Shown here one piece after another: positions 28,201 to 40,592 of a stretch of DNA of 64,000 nucleotides. A model generated the notes under the pieces. That model was not told where the DNA came from. It saw only the letters and a program-made list of their open reading frames with translations, and searched no databases. Origin of the DNA: Octopus vulgaris (Eukaryota); the NCBI GenBank assembly GCA_951406725.2, contig OX597821.1, positions 27,714,001 through 27,778,000 of the forward strand, read 5' to 3'. Position 1 is the first letter of the stretch; every line of letters begins with the position of its first letter. The position numbers were made by a program, and so were the translations under genes.

Positions 28201-29644
28201 CAAACATATAAATTAAGCATACCATATAGATAATGGGTATATATAGTGCAGGAGGTAGGTTTGTTAAAAAAGAAACTATCGCCATGCCATTTACCAAAGA
28301 GCGTAAATAATAAAAGTTGCTTTCATAAGTAAATATACTGATATTTGCTTTTTATATGGCAAACCCTGCAAAACTGAAGCGATGCAAAGACAATATTAAT
28401 AGAGAGTTTTATACATGATTTAGATAAACTTTACGGGACTTGATGTTGTAATATGGGAAGTCACCAACATCGTTGAAAAAGGTACACTAATGATAGAAAA
28501 CTTTCAGAGTGTCACTTAAGGGTTTGAAGGTATTTCAAAAAGACAAAAATAAAGAAATCAATATCCAACATATTCTGAGATCCTCAGGCAAAACCCCGAA
28601 TGCGATTCTTGTATAATATTGCCGTAATATTCATAGGTAAGTAACACTTTCATATAATATGTATGCTTTGGGGTGTTCTTTTTTTTCTATCTATTTAGTT
28701 TTAACATAGAAAAAACAACGAAAACAAGGTGTGTTGAAAAGCTCTTCGATAACACTGTATACATTACAATGAAGAATAGGATTTTAATTATATTTAGCTA
28801 GTAAGATTCTTACTTTCAAATATTTCAGTCGAAATATCATGTACCCTTTGGGATTAATTTTCCGACTTGTATATAATACTATGATTAGATTTTACTGAAA
28901 TGTTTAATTATAATTCCAGGTGCACATAACATTTCGAGTGAGAAATTTGAGCAGTTGTCATAAGATGACTTTCAAAGCCTTTTAGGAAGAGCTTCACTGC
29001 AAGCTCTTAAACGGAACGATGGGCATAAATTATACATCGACGGATTTTGCGTAACGAAATAAATGGAGATATCTAAACTAATTAAGTGTCACTAAAATCG
29101 AGATCAATCAGTTACTGTTAAGACCAGGTGAATGATGACCGGATTACTAATCAAGCTTGCAAGGTTATTAATTAGCGTTCGGCCACTAAATTCCTCTGAT
29201 ACCACTGCTAAGATAAATGTGATTCCTGCGTTTGCAAATGACAGTATTACTTTCAGCAAAAGTTATCTAAATTTGAAGTTCTATAAATTTCGTTGATGAC
29301 CTAAAGTTGGGATTCTATAAGGCACATTAAGTGCAATAATTGAAATGTAGCAATTGAATCATCGTTTTCCCCTTTCTTTACTATATATTCTAGCAGCTGG
29401 TTTATCATTTCAAAATAACGACTTCATTAAAAAACAGTCTTTAAAGCAATGCACCTCTAAGGATGTGGAGCAGAAAGGGTAATATTTAAATACAATAGAA
29501 GCATATTACAGATTAATAGTGAGAAGTGATGACATCTTGAATCCCTTTGAAATACTAACACAAATTGTAACGCATACACATATACAAACTTTATTATATA
29601 TATATATATATATATATATACAACTTTCATAATATATATATATA

Positions 29645-30010
29645 GGGAGAGTTTACGCAAGAATCAAAAGACAGGTAGTGTACAAAACAAACAGATGTAT
29701 TAGTATAATGCTCAGGAATAGAAAAGGTATTTTACGTTTCGAGCCTACGCTCTTCTACAGAAAGGGACTTGTGTGTAGTGGCTAACGATCTATCATGGCG
29801 ACTAGTGCCAGACAGAAGGGTCACAGGAAAGTTTAGAAAGTATAAAAATAAATATAAAAATAAAGTAATGACAATAATAACAGTTTTACGTAAAGTTCAA
29901 AGGTTTTTAGACGTCGTGGTGTATTGCAAGGTTTTTTTTATTGCAAGTCCACTGTGATCCGTGTGTAGGAGAGGTGCAGCCGGAAGGTAAGTGTCCAAAC
30001 GAATCCGTAA

Positions 30011-30015
<5 letters not shown>
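29645..30015 (-). mobile_element. Penelope-type pLTR fragment with a hammerhead-like motif (29729-29764), between (TA)n tracts
   Basis: Reverse strand CTTT-CTGTAGA-A-GAGC GTAG GCTC-GAAA-CG-TA-AAA; inverted homolog at 32590-32782. Confidence 0.65.
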
Positions 30016-30045
<30 letters not shown>

Positions 30046-30088
30046 CAAAGCATATAGTATTATATATATATATGTATATATATATATG

Positions 30089-30168
<80 letters not shown>

Positions 30169-30620
30169 GGTATGTATGTATATGTATATTGTACTACGTC
30201 GGACAATGTGAGTAAAACAACTGACGAGTCAATTCGAAGTCGCTATCAATATTTTCCACGTATAAGTAGGATGCTATAGTCACATGCATTGGGTGGTAGT
30301 TCAACGAATATTTGACGGGTCTTATTTGTAAATATATATATATTAAAATAAGCAAAGTAACTACTTTGAGTATCTCAATAAAAGAGGAAAGTAGTAGTTA
30401 TACTGAGAAACAATGTTTATCGCCACATCGATATGGCTGTTCGGCGTTACTAACGTTTAACCCTCAGACATATCCTCCTGGCAGCTGCTTATCAGTGCAA
30501 TCTGCACCCGGTATGTATTGCAAGTAGGGGAGCGAACCCCCACCAACTTCTAGCGGAGGACGGGAACACCAGACCGAACAGTTTCGGCTTATTTGTGTGT
30601 ATTAAAATATGCATACACAC

Positions 30621-30996
30621 GGAGGCGCAATGGCCTACTGGTAAGGCAGTGGACTCCCGATGGTCGGATCATGGTTTCGATTCCCAGACCGGGTGTTGTG
30701 AGTTCTTATTGAGCGAAAACACCTAAAGCTCCACGAGGCTCCGGTAGGGGTGGTGGTGAACCCTGATGTTCTATTTCACCTCAAATTTCTCTCACACTTT
30801 CTTCCTCTTTCTGTTGTACCTGTATGTCAAAGGGCCAGCCTTGTAACACTCTGTGTCTCGCTGAATATGCCCCTGGACTACGTTAAGGGTACACGTACCT
30901 GTGGAGTGCTCAGCTACTTGTACGTTAATTTCACGAGCCGGCTGTTCCGTTGATCAGATCAACTGGAACCCTCGTCGTCATAACCGACCGTGTGCC
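30621..30996 (+). mobile_element. tRNA-derived SINE family C
   Basis: GGAGGCGCAATGGCCTACTGG (A box), GGTTTCGATTCCC (B box), body ending ..ggaaccctcgtcgtcataaccgac. Confidence 0.8.
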
Positions 30997-31612
30997 ACCT
31001 AGACATGCACACATTCTCCCGCATATATGTAGTAACGACGTGTTTCGGCATAGTTGTTTGTAAACATAGTTCGTATACACATCGGTTGGCCTGGGATATA
31101 ATAAATGTGAATTACCCAATGTGGTGCGCTGGGACATGTAGTCTGAAACTCCGTCGACATGTGGCTAAAGCTTTAACCACAAAGACATCTACATATGTAT
31201 TTATATCTATGTATGTACACACGCGCGCGCACACACGCACACATACACACATACGTACACTTCACTTAGATGTAACGATACTAATGACCATGTCTTAGCA
31301 CTACATATACACATGCTTCAGAACCGACGGAGGCACACGTTAAGTACAAGTACCTTATAGCAGAAACAGCTAAGTTAATGATAGTCAATACATAATTTTC
31401 TTTTCCTTTGTGATATATATATATAGAATTACTTATTACGCTAGGTATTCAACTTATATATTTTTCTTTATGATATATACATATATATATATATATATAC
31501 ATATATATACATATATATATATATGTGTGTGTATGTGTGTAAGAAAAATTAAGATTTAAAATTTACTGGCAGACTTCAAGAATATGGTTAAATTGTTATA
31601 TATATATATATA

Positions 31613-31826
31613 GTTAATCCAAACATGAAAACACAAAGAGAAAGCACATCGACGCGAGGACGTGGAACAAGTATAGTGTTATTGGATGCTAAGGAAAGGA
31701 AAGAAAGGAGCCGGATCTAACGTTTCGAGCGGAGCTCTTCGTCAGAAACATAGGAAAAGGAAAGATCCAAGGAAGAGAATACGGAGGCAAAAATCGTCAA
31801 CGATACACACGCGGTCACATTTTGAA
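31613..31826 (-). mobile_element. Penelope-type pLTR unit of about 213 bp with a minimal hammerhead (about 31716-31752)
   Basis: Reverse strand TGTTT-CTGACGA-A-GAGC TCC GCTC-GAAA-CG-TT-AGA; homolog at 44402-44615; flanked by (TA)n. Confidence 0.8.
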
Positions 31827-31929
31827 TATATATATATATATGTATATATATATATGACTGTGTATGTATGTATGTATGTATGTATGTATGTATGTATGTA
31901 CGTATGTATGTATGTATGTATGTATGTGT

Positions 31930-32430
31930 AAGGAAAACCTCCAGAATCGAAATAAAAAATATTGGGATGCTTTGAAAGATTAAGAAAGCTTTTTGAAATA
32001 AAATGTTTATAAAAGGCACCGGTTTGCTTTTGTAAGTTATTCATGATTAAGTAATTAGTGACGATGTTATAATTTAATACTACCATAATTAGTTGTTTTT
32101 CGAGTATGATAGCATACGCCTTAAATAAATAAAATTTTAGGGGAGTAATCAATAATTGTTGTTATCAAAAATATGGTTGGTACTTCCTCATTTTGTGATG
32201 GTAAAGTGAATTAATTACATGCCGATTAATTTATGCATAATTATAATTAATTGGATCGAATTGATCGAATAAAATTGTAATCAAAATTGATTACTTGTTC
32301 ATATTTAGGCAGGGTTGATATTTTTTCAATAATTGTAGTCTTTTCATTAAACGCATGTTGTTCCACTGCGCAGACATAAAAGGGGTATACACAAATTTGG
32401 TGGAAATTTTGTAGCACACGTTAATAATTT
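31930..32430 (-). mobile_element. Probable Penelope-like element 3' end (GIY-YIG C-terminus and 3' UTR)
   Basis: Reverse strand of 32293-32420 gives CATKFPP..VYPFY..LKKYQPCLNMNK* across frameshifts, resembling PLE C-termini; same orientation as the pLTR at 31613-31826. Confidence 0.5.
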
Positions 32431-32589
32431 CTTAGAAAATGAAAACCGGTTATATACAAAGATATCATTTCATAAATATATATATGAGTATAAAAATTCG
32501 GTGTATTTTCTGTATAATTATTAATACACACGCACACACATATAAAGATTTGTATACGTAAAGATATATATATATATATATATATATAT

Positions 32590-32779
32590 AGTCGCCATGA
32601 TAGATCATTAGCCACTACACATATTTTTTCTCTCCTTGTTTTTTTCTGTGTCACTTTCTGTAGAAGAACGTAGGCTCGAAACGTAAAAGACTTTTTCCAT
32701 TCCTGAGCGTTATACTAATACATCTGTTTGTTTTGTACATCACCTGCCTTTCGTTTTTAGATTTTTTCGTAAACTTTCC

Positions 32780-32782
<3 letters not shown>
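32590..32782 (+). mobile_element. Penelope-type pLTR unit with a hammerhead-like motif (32653-32690)
   Basis: CTTT-CTGTAGA-A-GAAC GTAG GCTC-GAAA-CG-TA-AAAG; flanked by (TA)n on both sides. Confidence 0.7.
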
Positions 32783-32814
<32 letters not shown>

Positions 32815-32913
32815 CAACCGATAAGGGTGAGAAAATTGGGTACTAATTTAAAAGCACATCCATTTACCACCAAGTGGCTTAGTGCATAAAAAACCCGGAT
32901 TACGATACATTTT

Positions 32914-33171
32914 ATACATAAATATAAGAGAGTGACCACCATGTGGTCTACTCTAGCATCAAAAATAGATCCGCAAGGTTTCAGCCACAAAAGAAAATGT
33001 TTCCGTTGAAAGTTAGCACTACTACATTTTGTTATGTTTATTTGCCCTGTTCATTTGCGCTGGTAGTAGTGCTAACTTTCAACGGAAACAATTTCTTTTG
33101 TGGCTGAAACCTTGCGGATCTATTTTTAGTGCTAGAGTAGACCACATGGTGGTCACTCTCTTATATTTATG

Positions 33172-33174
<3 letters not shown>
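32914..33174. repeat. Inverted repeat, 112-bp arms, 37-nt spacer
   Basis: 32914-33025 against 33063-33174; about 3 mismatches seen. Confidence 0.95.
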
Positions 33175-33203
<29 letters not shown>

Positions 33204-33215
<12 letters not shown>

Positions 33216-33519
33216 GAAATGAGGTAATCAGAAGATCGGATGGTTCATATTTATAGATATTTATTTATATATTACATTTTTTATATATATATATCATATC
33301 ATTCAGATCATATCATTCGGATTATTAGCGCTTTCTCCCATTCCAGTGGGGTTTTCAATTTGATTTGAAAACCCCACTGGAATGGGAGAAAGCGCTAATA
33401 ATCCGAATGATATGATCTGAATGATATGATATATATATATAAAAAATGTAATATATAAATAAATATCTATAAATATGAACCATCCGATCTTCTGATTACC
33501 TCATTTCTTCTAATATATA
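33204..33519. repeat. Apparently perfect palindrome, arms about 155 bp, 6-nt loop, hammerhead-like motif at the apex
   Basis: 33204-33358 against 33365-33519; the right arm starts TTGAAAA-CCCCA ctggaa TGGGA-GAAA-GCGC-TA. Confidence 0.95.
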
Positions 33520-33544
33520 ATACCTGTGCATCATCTCCAAACCT

Positions 33545-33623
<79 letters not shown>

Positions 33624-35379
33624 CATACTGACATACATATACACACACATATATACACTAACACATATATGTGTGTCTTTGTGTTTGTATTTGTGTATAT
33701 GTGTATATTGTGTGAAATGTGTACATATTTTACATATTAAGAGAATGGCGGTGGTATTAATTGTGTATAAATTGATAACGTAGCGCTCTATCCTGTTTGG
33801 GAGAAAATATAGTCCTTTTATATTGTTTTCTCCATTCAACTCCAGTTTTTGCAAGAAGCTAACATATATATTACAAGCATAACCTTTCTGTAATTTATAA
33901 ACTCTGGTCATTCTCTAAAAGAAAATGAAAGATCTGAATAACTTGTTGTCCAAAATTCTAACTGCCACTTTTTTCTTTACACGCACACACACACGCATGA
34001 ATATATATATGTATGTGTGCATGTAAGCGTGTGTATGCGTGTTCGTGTTCCCGCATTTGAATGTTCTTCATAACACAACCTGCTAGCAAATACGATCTGA
34101 AATAGCAGTAGACTGTCTTGTGTCCTTCACATGTTGTAATAAGTACTTTATAGCTTAAAGAAAGAATAACTGTAAATCCAGCCTTTAGTTTGACTAGGGA
34201 TAAGAAAAAATAGCGTAGAGTATCGCTCGCTAATCACATCTGCACTTGTAAGGGCAGTAATATTCGTAACTATCATATACTTTTTTTTTATCAGCCATGG
34301 ACTTCGCACGTCAAACCGACATCATCAAATCGTTTCTAACTATGATTTTGCTTCTATTTTAGCCTAGGCATTTCAGTTCACGTTATATACAATTTATTTT
34401 ATCCTTGCTGTGTGATAGCATTCAATTTAATATTTGTCGTTTCGCTATCTGCCGATTTCCTTTGCACATCCTCTTTTTGATAAAATGTATTTCTGTCTGT
34501 GTCTGCATACCGCCAAACACACACACACACATGAGCTTTATTTGTCATGTATATCTTTCATTGCCTGTGATTTTCGAATGGGCTATCATATCTTGTTTTT
34601 CTTAGGAAGGAATAACAACGTGTTTCGTGGTCTGCTACCACAACAGCTCCTTTATAGGATCCAGTTAGCTCAAGACATCATCAGGAGGAACCACGTCCCG
34701 TTTCGGCCCCTACTCCTCTACCGTTTTGACGAGGCGGGGACCCCGCTTTCGGAGGTGTCTTCAGCTCTGGTGTTGAGTGCGTGTCTTAATCCAATTTTTT
34801 AAATGTCATCTTTAAGCTGTTGATCTGTCGCGTATAAATATTGTTTCACTAAAATTGGTATGCTCATTTCGTCACAGTATGGGAGGCTGGTATTTATTTA
34901 TAATGTCGGTAAGAATGGTTTGAGCGTGTACCACAAATTATACGTATGCAATATTTTGAAAACTGCACAAACTAAATAAATATTATAGAAGCAAGAGACA
35001 CAATCACTGCTACAATATATATATTGCACACGTATATGCAACCGTCTCCCAAATATGAATATGATCAGACAGACGCACAACACAAAGACACATGAAGGTA
35101 TACATATATGCGTGTGTATGTGTGTTTATGTGTATGTGTGTGTGTTTATGTGTGTGTGTGTGTGTGTCTATCTGAGCTGCTTTCTCGTATACTAACAAAG
35201 CTATTGCTAGAAAGAATAACTGAAATGAATCATTGTTATATAATGTGGCGCCACTGTATATCTCTTGAGCCTGGTGAAAGATTTGCACATTGTGTTACAT
35301 AGTGTACAGTTGTGCTGGCTGTGAGAAGAAAGAAGTGCCACAGTATGAACTCTTTTGACACACCTTCTCAATCCTCCAA

Positions 35380-35660
35380 CTTAGAGGTCATCTCACAATT
35401 TACCATCGGTCGATTCCTGTGAGTCTTCAGATGGCTGACCAGGCCCGTACCACTCAAGCACCCCCACCAACATATCACACGCACAAAAAGTAACACTCCC
35501 TCATTCTCCACAAGTTAATTCCTTCTAAGCTTTCTTTTCATCTTTATTGTGCTTCACATTCTCTCTTTCAAACCTCTAATAACTACTGTGCACTCTCTTC
35601 TTCCATCCATCTCTGTCTTGTGCCTCGCTCTCCCAATCAACAACTGAAACTCCTGTCTCT
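35380..35660 (-). mobile_element. Possible decayed CR1/L2 ORF1 (RRM-like) fragment
   Basis: Reverse strand EMDGRRECTVVIRGLKE..RNRPMV resembles the RR.N.iI.Gl.E and RP motifs of LINE ORF1. Confidence 0.35.
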
Positions 35661-35684
35661 GTGTATACATACATACATACATGA

Positions 35685-35762
<78 letters not shown>

Positions 35763-35828
35763 ATAAAACGGTAAGATAACAAAAGAAAGAAAGAGACCTC
35801 AATATTATGTAAATAGAGGAAATTTATC

Positions 35829-36016
35829 TATACAATATGTTACATTACTCGGTAGTCAAGATAAAACTCTGAGTTTCAGATGCCGAAGTGGAAATCCACA
35901 ACACCATCTCTTCGGTTATCTGGCTATTTCTAGATAACCGAAGAGATGGTGTTGTGGATTTCCACTTCGGCATCTGAAACTCAGAGTTTTATCTTGACTA
36001 CCGAGTAATGTAACAT

Positions 36017-36024
<8 letters not shown>
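35829..36024. repeat. Apparently perfect palindrome, 93-bp arms, 10-nt loop, between (TA)n tracts
   Basis: 35829-35921 against 35932-36024. Confidence 0.95.
35932..35994 (+). ncRNA. Hammerhead-like motif (U4C variant), mirrored on the minus strand at 35859-35921
   Basis: AGATAA-CCGAAGA-GATG..CATC T-GAAA-CTC A GAG-TT-TTATCT; perfect 6-bp stem I; stem III identical to the 14362 motif. Confidence 0.7.
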
Positions 36025-36066
<42 letters not shown>

Positions 36067-37529
36067 CATATATATACATATATATATATATACATATATA
36101 TGCATGTATATATATATGTATGTATATAAACATATATAATTTGTGTGTGTTTGCATGTGTATGTACGTTTGTGTATGTGAGTTTAAAAGGTCTTATTGTG
36201 GAAATTGTTGTAGGTCGCGTTACCAAATGCATTATCATATTCGCATGATGTTCAAACATTTCTGGAACATATATAAATATATATATATGTATCAGTTATT
36301 TCTCCGGAGGTCAATGTATGCGTTATACTTGAGTATCATGTTCCACGCACACAGGCAAATATGCCCACATGCACACATACATACACGCGCATGCACACAC
36401 ACATGCACACAACGCTTACGCATACACACACAAACACACAAAAATATATATGTCAGATAATGAGTGTGTATATGTGCGCTCTGTGTGTGAGAGTATTTGG
36501 ATGCAAATACACATGCATCGAACGAGTGTTAGCGGCTTTGTAGAACATGTCCTGAAATCGGGTGATAAACTGTGTACTAAATAAATTATAAAACATGTAC
36601 ATAAGACTGTGTGATTACTGTTTAATATCATTTGTCTGGAAAGTCACTTTAAAACGATTTACGATTAGATTTAATCATTAATATTATCATACACTATTAT
36701 ATAGATCGAAAGATTTGTTTGTAGTTTTAGGTGTTTCAGTCAATATTATTCGTGTGTAATTGACAGCAATTTCTACCAAATGAATCATAGAATAATGTAT
36801 TTAGTAATATGATATTGTATTGGATAGTCGTTTTTGTTGCCGATTCTACATTATCAACTGTCTGGGGAATTGAGACGATTTATCCAAAACTTATACGAAT
36901 AATGAATCGACCTATCACAACACATCCTATTGCAATCCAAATATATTCATCTGTATTGTTTACAACTGGTAATTTCGCTTAAGAGGATTAACACACTAAT
37001 ACACCGGGTAGACAAATGCGCAAAACCCACAAGCACATATAAGCAACTGCAATTCACGCATAAATACGTATAGAAACATTCAAAGAGAGGCATATATATA
37101 TATAAGAATGTGGAAGTACAACAGAACTGTAATATCGGCTACAAATATTTTATCACACTATAGTGATTATGTGTGATAAATTACATATGGCCTATATACA
37201 TTACACGCGTTTGAAACAATGAGAAAATGCATTCTCCTGTGAAGCGTCTTCAAATAATTATCTTAGATACTTATATCTTCGTCGTTATCTTCTATTTTAA
37301 TCAGCGATTACATATGACAATGTGTTCTATACGGGACATATAATTAGATTTACATGTTTTATGATCAATATTTTCAATATTTTTTAATCACAATTTTAAA
37401 TATCAGTTGCATGCAGCAGATAGCCGGGAATCCATACCAAATAGATTATATACTAAATTTCCTAAATATACATTTACATTATTCTCTGTCAGTCTGTCTT
37501 TCTGTATCTCAATCTCTTACTCTCTCTTC

Positions 37530-37586
<57 letters not shown>

Positions 37587-37616
37587 ATTTTTTATCTCAT
37601 TACTCAAAAAATTATA

Positions 37617-37677
<61 letters not shown>

Positions 37678-40541
37678 GTGTGAGGGTAGTGATGTGCATA
37701 ACTGTTCATCAAACAAAAACCTGGCGATATGATCACTTAGGCGTTTCTCATACTGAGATTAATGACATAGTATAATTTAGTGTGAATGCAACGTGAAGCA
37801 AAGGTGGTAATACTAAAAATTAACTGTAAGCAGTCGTTTTTTCATCTGAGATGTTATCTTTCTTTTCACATTACATATATGATCCACACCGGAACCGAGA
37901 TTAACTCTTTGACTCGATGAATATAAGACTTCGCGAAAACATGTATTCGACGATAGTTACACTAAAGTATCTAACTTGTCACCCCAATGAATTCCTACTG
38001 TTGTTACAATATCATTAGTTTTATAATTTGCTCTTTGCATAAAACTTGACAGATTTTGCCCCTGATGGTGACTCCATCGTGAATCCATATTTCAAGTGAT
38101 TATGCACATGGTTGGGGAAACATACAGTTTCAATTAATGCGTTTTGTTTCGTGATTCAAGTCTCTTTTAACAACGAACTATATTTACGAAAGCTGCTAGG
38201 TTCTGTCCGTAGGGTGGGATGAATATCAGAGAAATTTCTATTAAAAATTATAGAAATTTAGATTTATGAATCTGTTTTGGGAGTATAATAATTAGATAGT
38301 TCTGAGACAGAACATTATCACCCTTCCCTTGGGATTTGAATAATTGTAGTCTCTGAGATTGCTGTTGTATATTTTCTTTATAAATTTCGACACTTAAATT
38401 TACTGATGTTTGTGGAAGAGAGGATTCTTCTAGATGATGACAAAAATATTATCTGGACATTTGTTAATTTGTTCCTTGTCTTAGGTATGTTATTCTCTAG
38501 GTATATTCTTGTAAACGGGTCCTTCTCTGTCGGCAAGGCTATCCACTACTTTAAGGTTGAAGAAACAACGTTCCCCAAGTTTAGAGTTGCGTAAATCTGG
38601 TTTTTGCCAAGAAACAATCTCAGGTGCTGAAACCCAGCGTCTAGACGCCGGTCAGTGATTGTCTCTGCGATACTGATCACAGCTTAAACACTCATGTTGG
38701 CAAACGCTCCTTCTGTTTCTTTGATGCCGGCATAGCTTGTTTAGATTTTCCGCTTTGATTTTTATGTGTTGAAGTTACTCCTTGAACACTTATCATGTAC
38801 GTCTTTAGAGGAGTTAAAGTTGTTTTCAATAATCCGAGAAAAGCTGGTTAGAGGTTTCTTTTTCAATAAAACGAAATCTGTACTATGAATAATTACGAGG
38901 ATTGGGCTAGCGTAAAATATATCAGGGTATACAGAAGAGTTCAACATATAACACAAGTGCACAAGGAGAATTGTCAAGCCATATTAGATATGTTACTATG
39001 AAATTGAGGATAACGAAAATGAATGATTGATAAGTGTTCCTTGTGTGGCGTTGTCAACTGCATCTCCTTTAATGCGCTTTAAAACATGTTTTTAGAAACA
39101 AAACATTTAAGCCGAACACAGTACTTATATCTTAAACACATTTTTACTAAAGAAAGAATGAATTTATTGTGTATCAATTTTCAGCATAATTGAATTCAAA
39201 ATAATTTCCTTACATATAATTTCGTTTTTTATTTAATTCCCATAGCATTTTAACAATGGGCATCGGTGGGGTCGCAAACTATACAAATATATATAAAATA
39301 AGAGGGCATATACTGGACCCTGTGTTAAGAAAATATGAATGTTAAACTACTGGGAAAACTATCTTCCGACTGACTAAAATTATATGCTCCTTCTTTCGGA
39401 AAATATGGGAAGAAAGCTGTTTAAAATACATTCCGAGTAGAGATCAGTGAGCTACAAAATATTCAAGAGTAATGGTCTACATAATAACGCAGTTACGATT
39501 CTCTGTTTAATGCTTCTTTTGTGTCAGAAATGCAAATAATGATTGTAGTAAATAATTGAATTTAAGAATTACTCTTCGTTTCCCAACCCATTAAAATTTG
39601 AAGTGAATATAATGAGAATGACGTAACTGTTATATACCGTTTGAGAAATAAATGACCTGAATAAGTGAAACGGATCATCGTACTAGAAAATTGGAATAAA
39701 ATATTTAAATTATACATTCTATTCTCACGTGCTTTCTGTTCAGTTGTTTCTTTGTCTTTATTTGAATGCTAAGGACAACGAAAATAAATTGTATATTTGT
39801 AACACTGAATTTTAAAGTATTTATACATATAAGTCGCGATAAACATCACTTCAAGATGTCTAATGCTTCAAGTGATCATTAAAATCGACCAATTTATTTG
39901 AATTGCTCTACTGCACACGCAATAATTTCATTATTGTAATACTCATAATTACGCTCTATTTTAGGAAATAATTTATAAGCTGTTATATCAATATATTCTT
40001 CAAATATGTTGTCTTAGTACGCAAAGTGAAATAGCATCGAAATGTAATTAATATTAGAGCTATAATAAGCCCCTTTTCTTTTTTCTGAATAATAAAGTCG
40101 AGGACTATTAATATGTTGAGACGCATGACTTATGAATAGCTTTTGTATCTCTTGTGTCATCTCTAACCAAACCGGATGTAACTTTACATTTCATTTGTCC
40201 GAATCTCACTACTTAAATAATTGATATATACTAAAATCTATTAATTCAACAAAACCCTTAATTTTCAGTAAAAGTAAAGCAATAAAGACGATTCAATTAA
40301 ATATATCTTACATTATTCAAATTATCAATATTTTGATATCACCTTATGATTTCTTTGATGGTCTATTATGGTCTAAAATGATGGTCTATTAAATTTCATA
40401 TATAGTATCGACCGAGCAAATTTGAATTTAATGTTCAACTTTAAATTGTCACATACGAACAAACATACATATGGACACTCTCTCACCCTCGCACACACAC
40501 AGATATACGAGTATATATATATATATATAATAACATGTACG

Positions 40542-40589
<48 letters not shown>

Positions 40590-40592
<3 letters not shown>

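Noticed and set aside
30218-30250. CTGACGAG..CGAAG motif
   Set aside because: GAAA is broken and stems I and III are absent
30560-30595. Minus-strand GAAACTGTTCGGTC, resembling the 3' half of a hammerhead
   Set aside because: No upstream CUGANGA core
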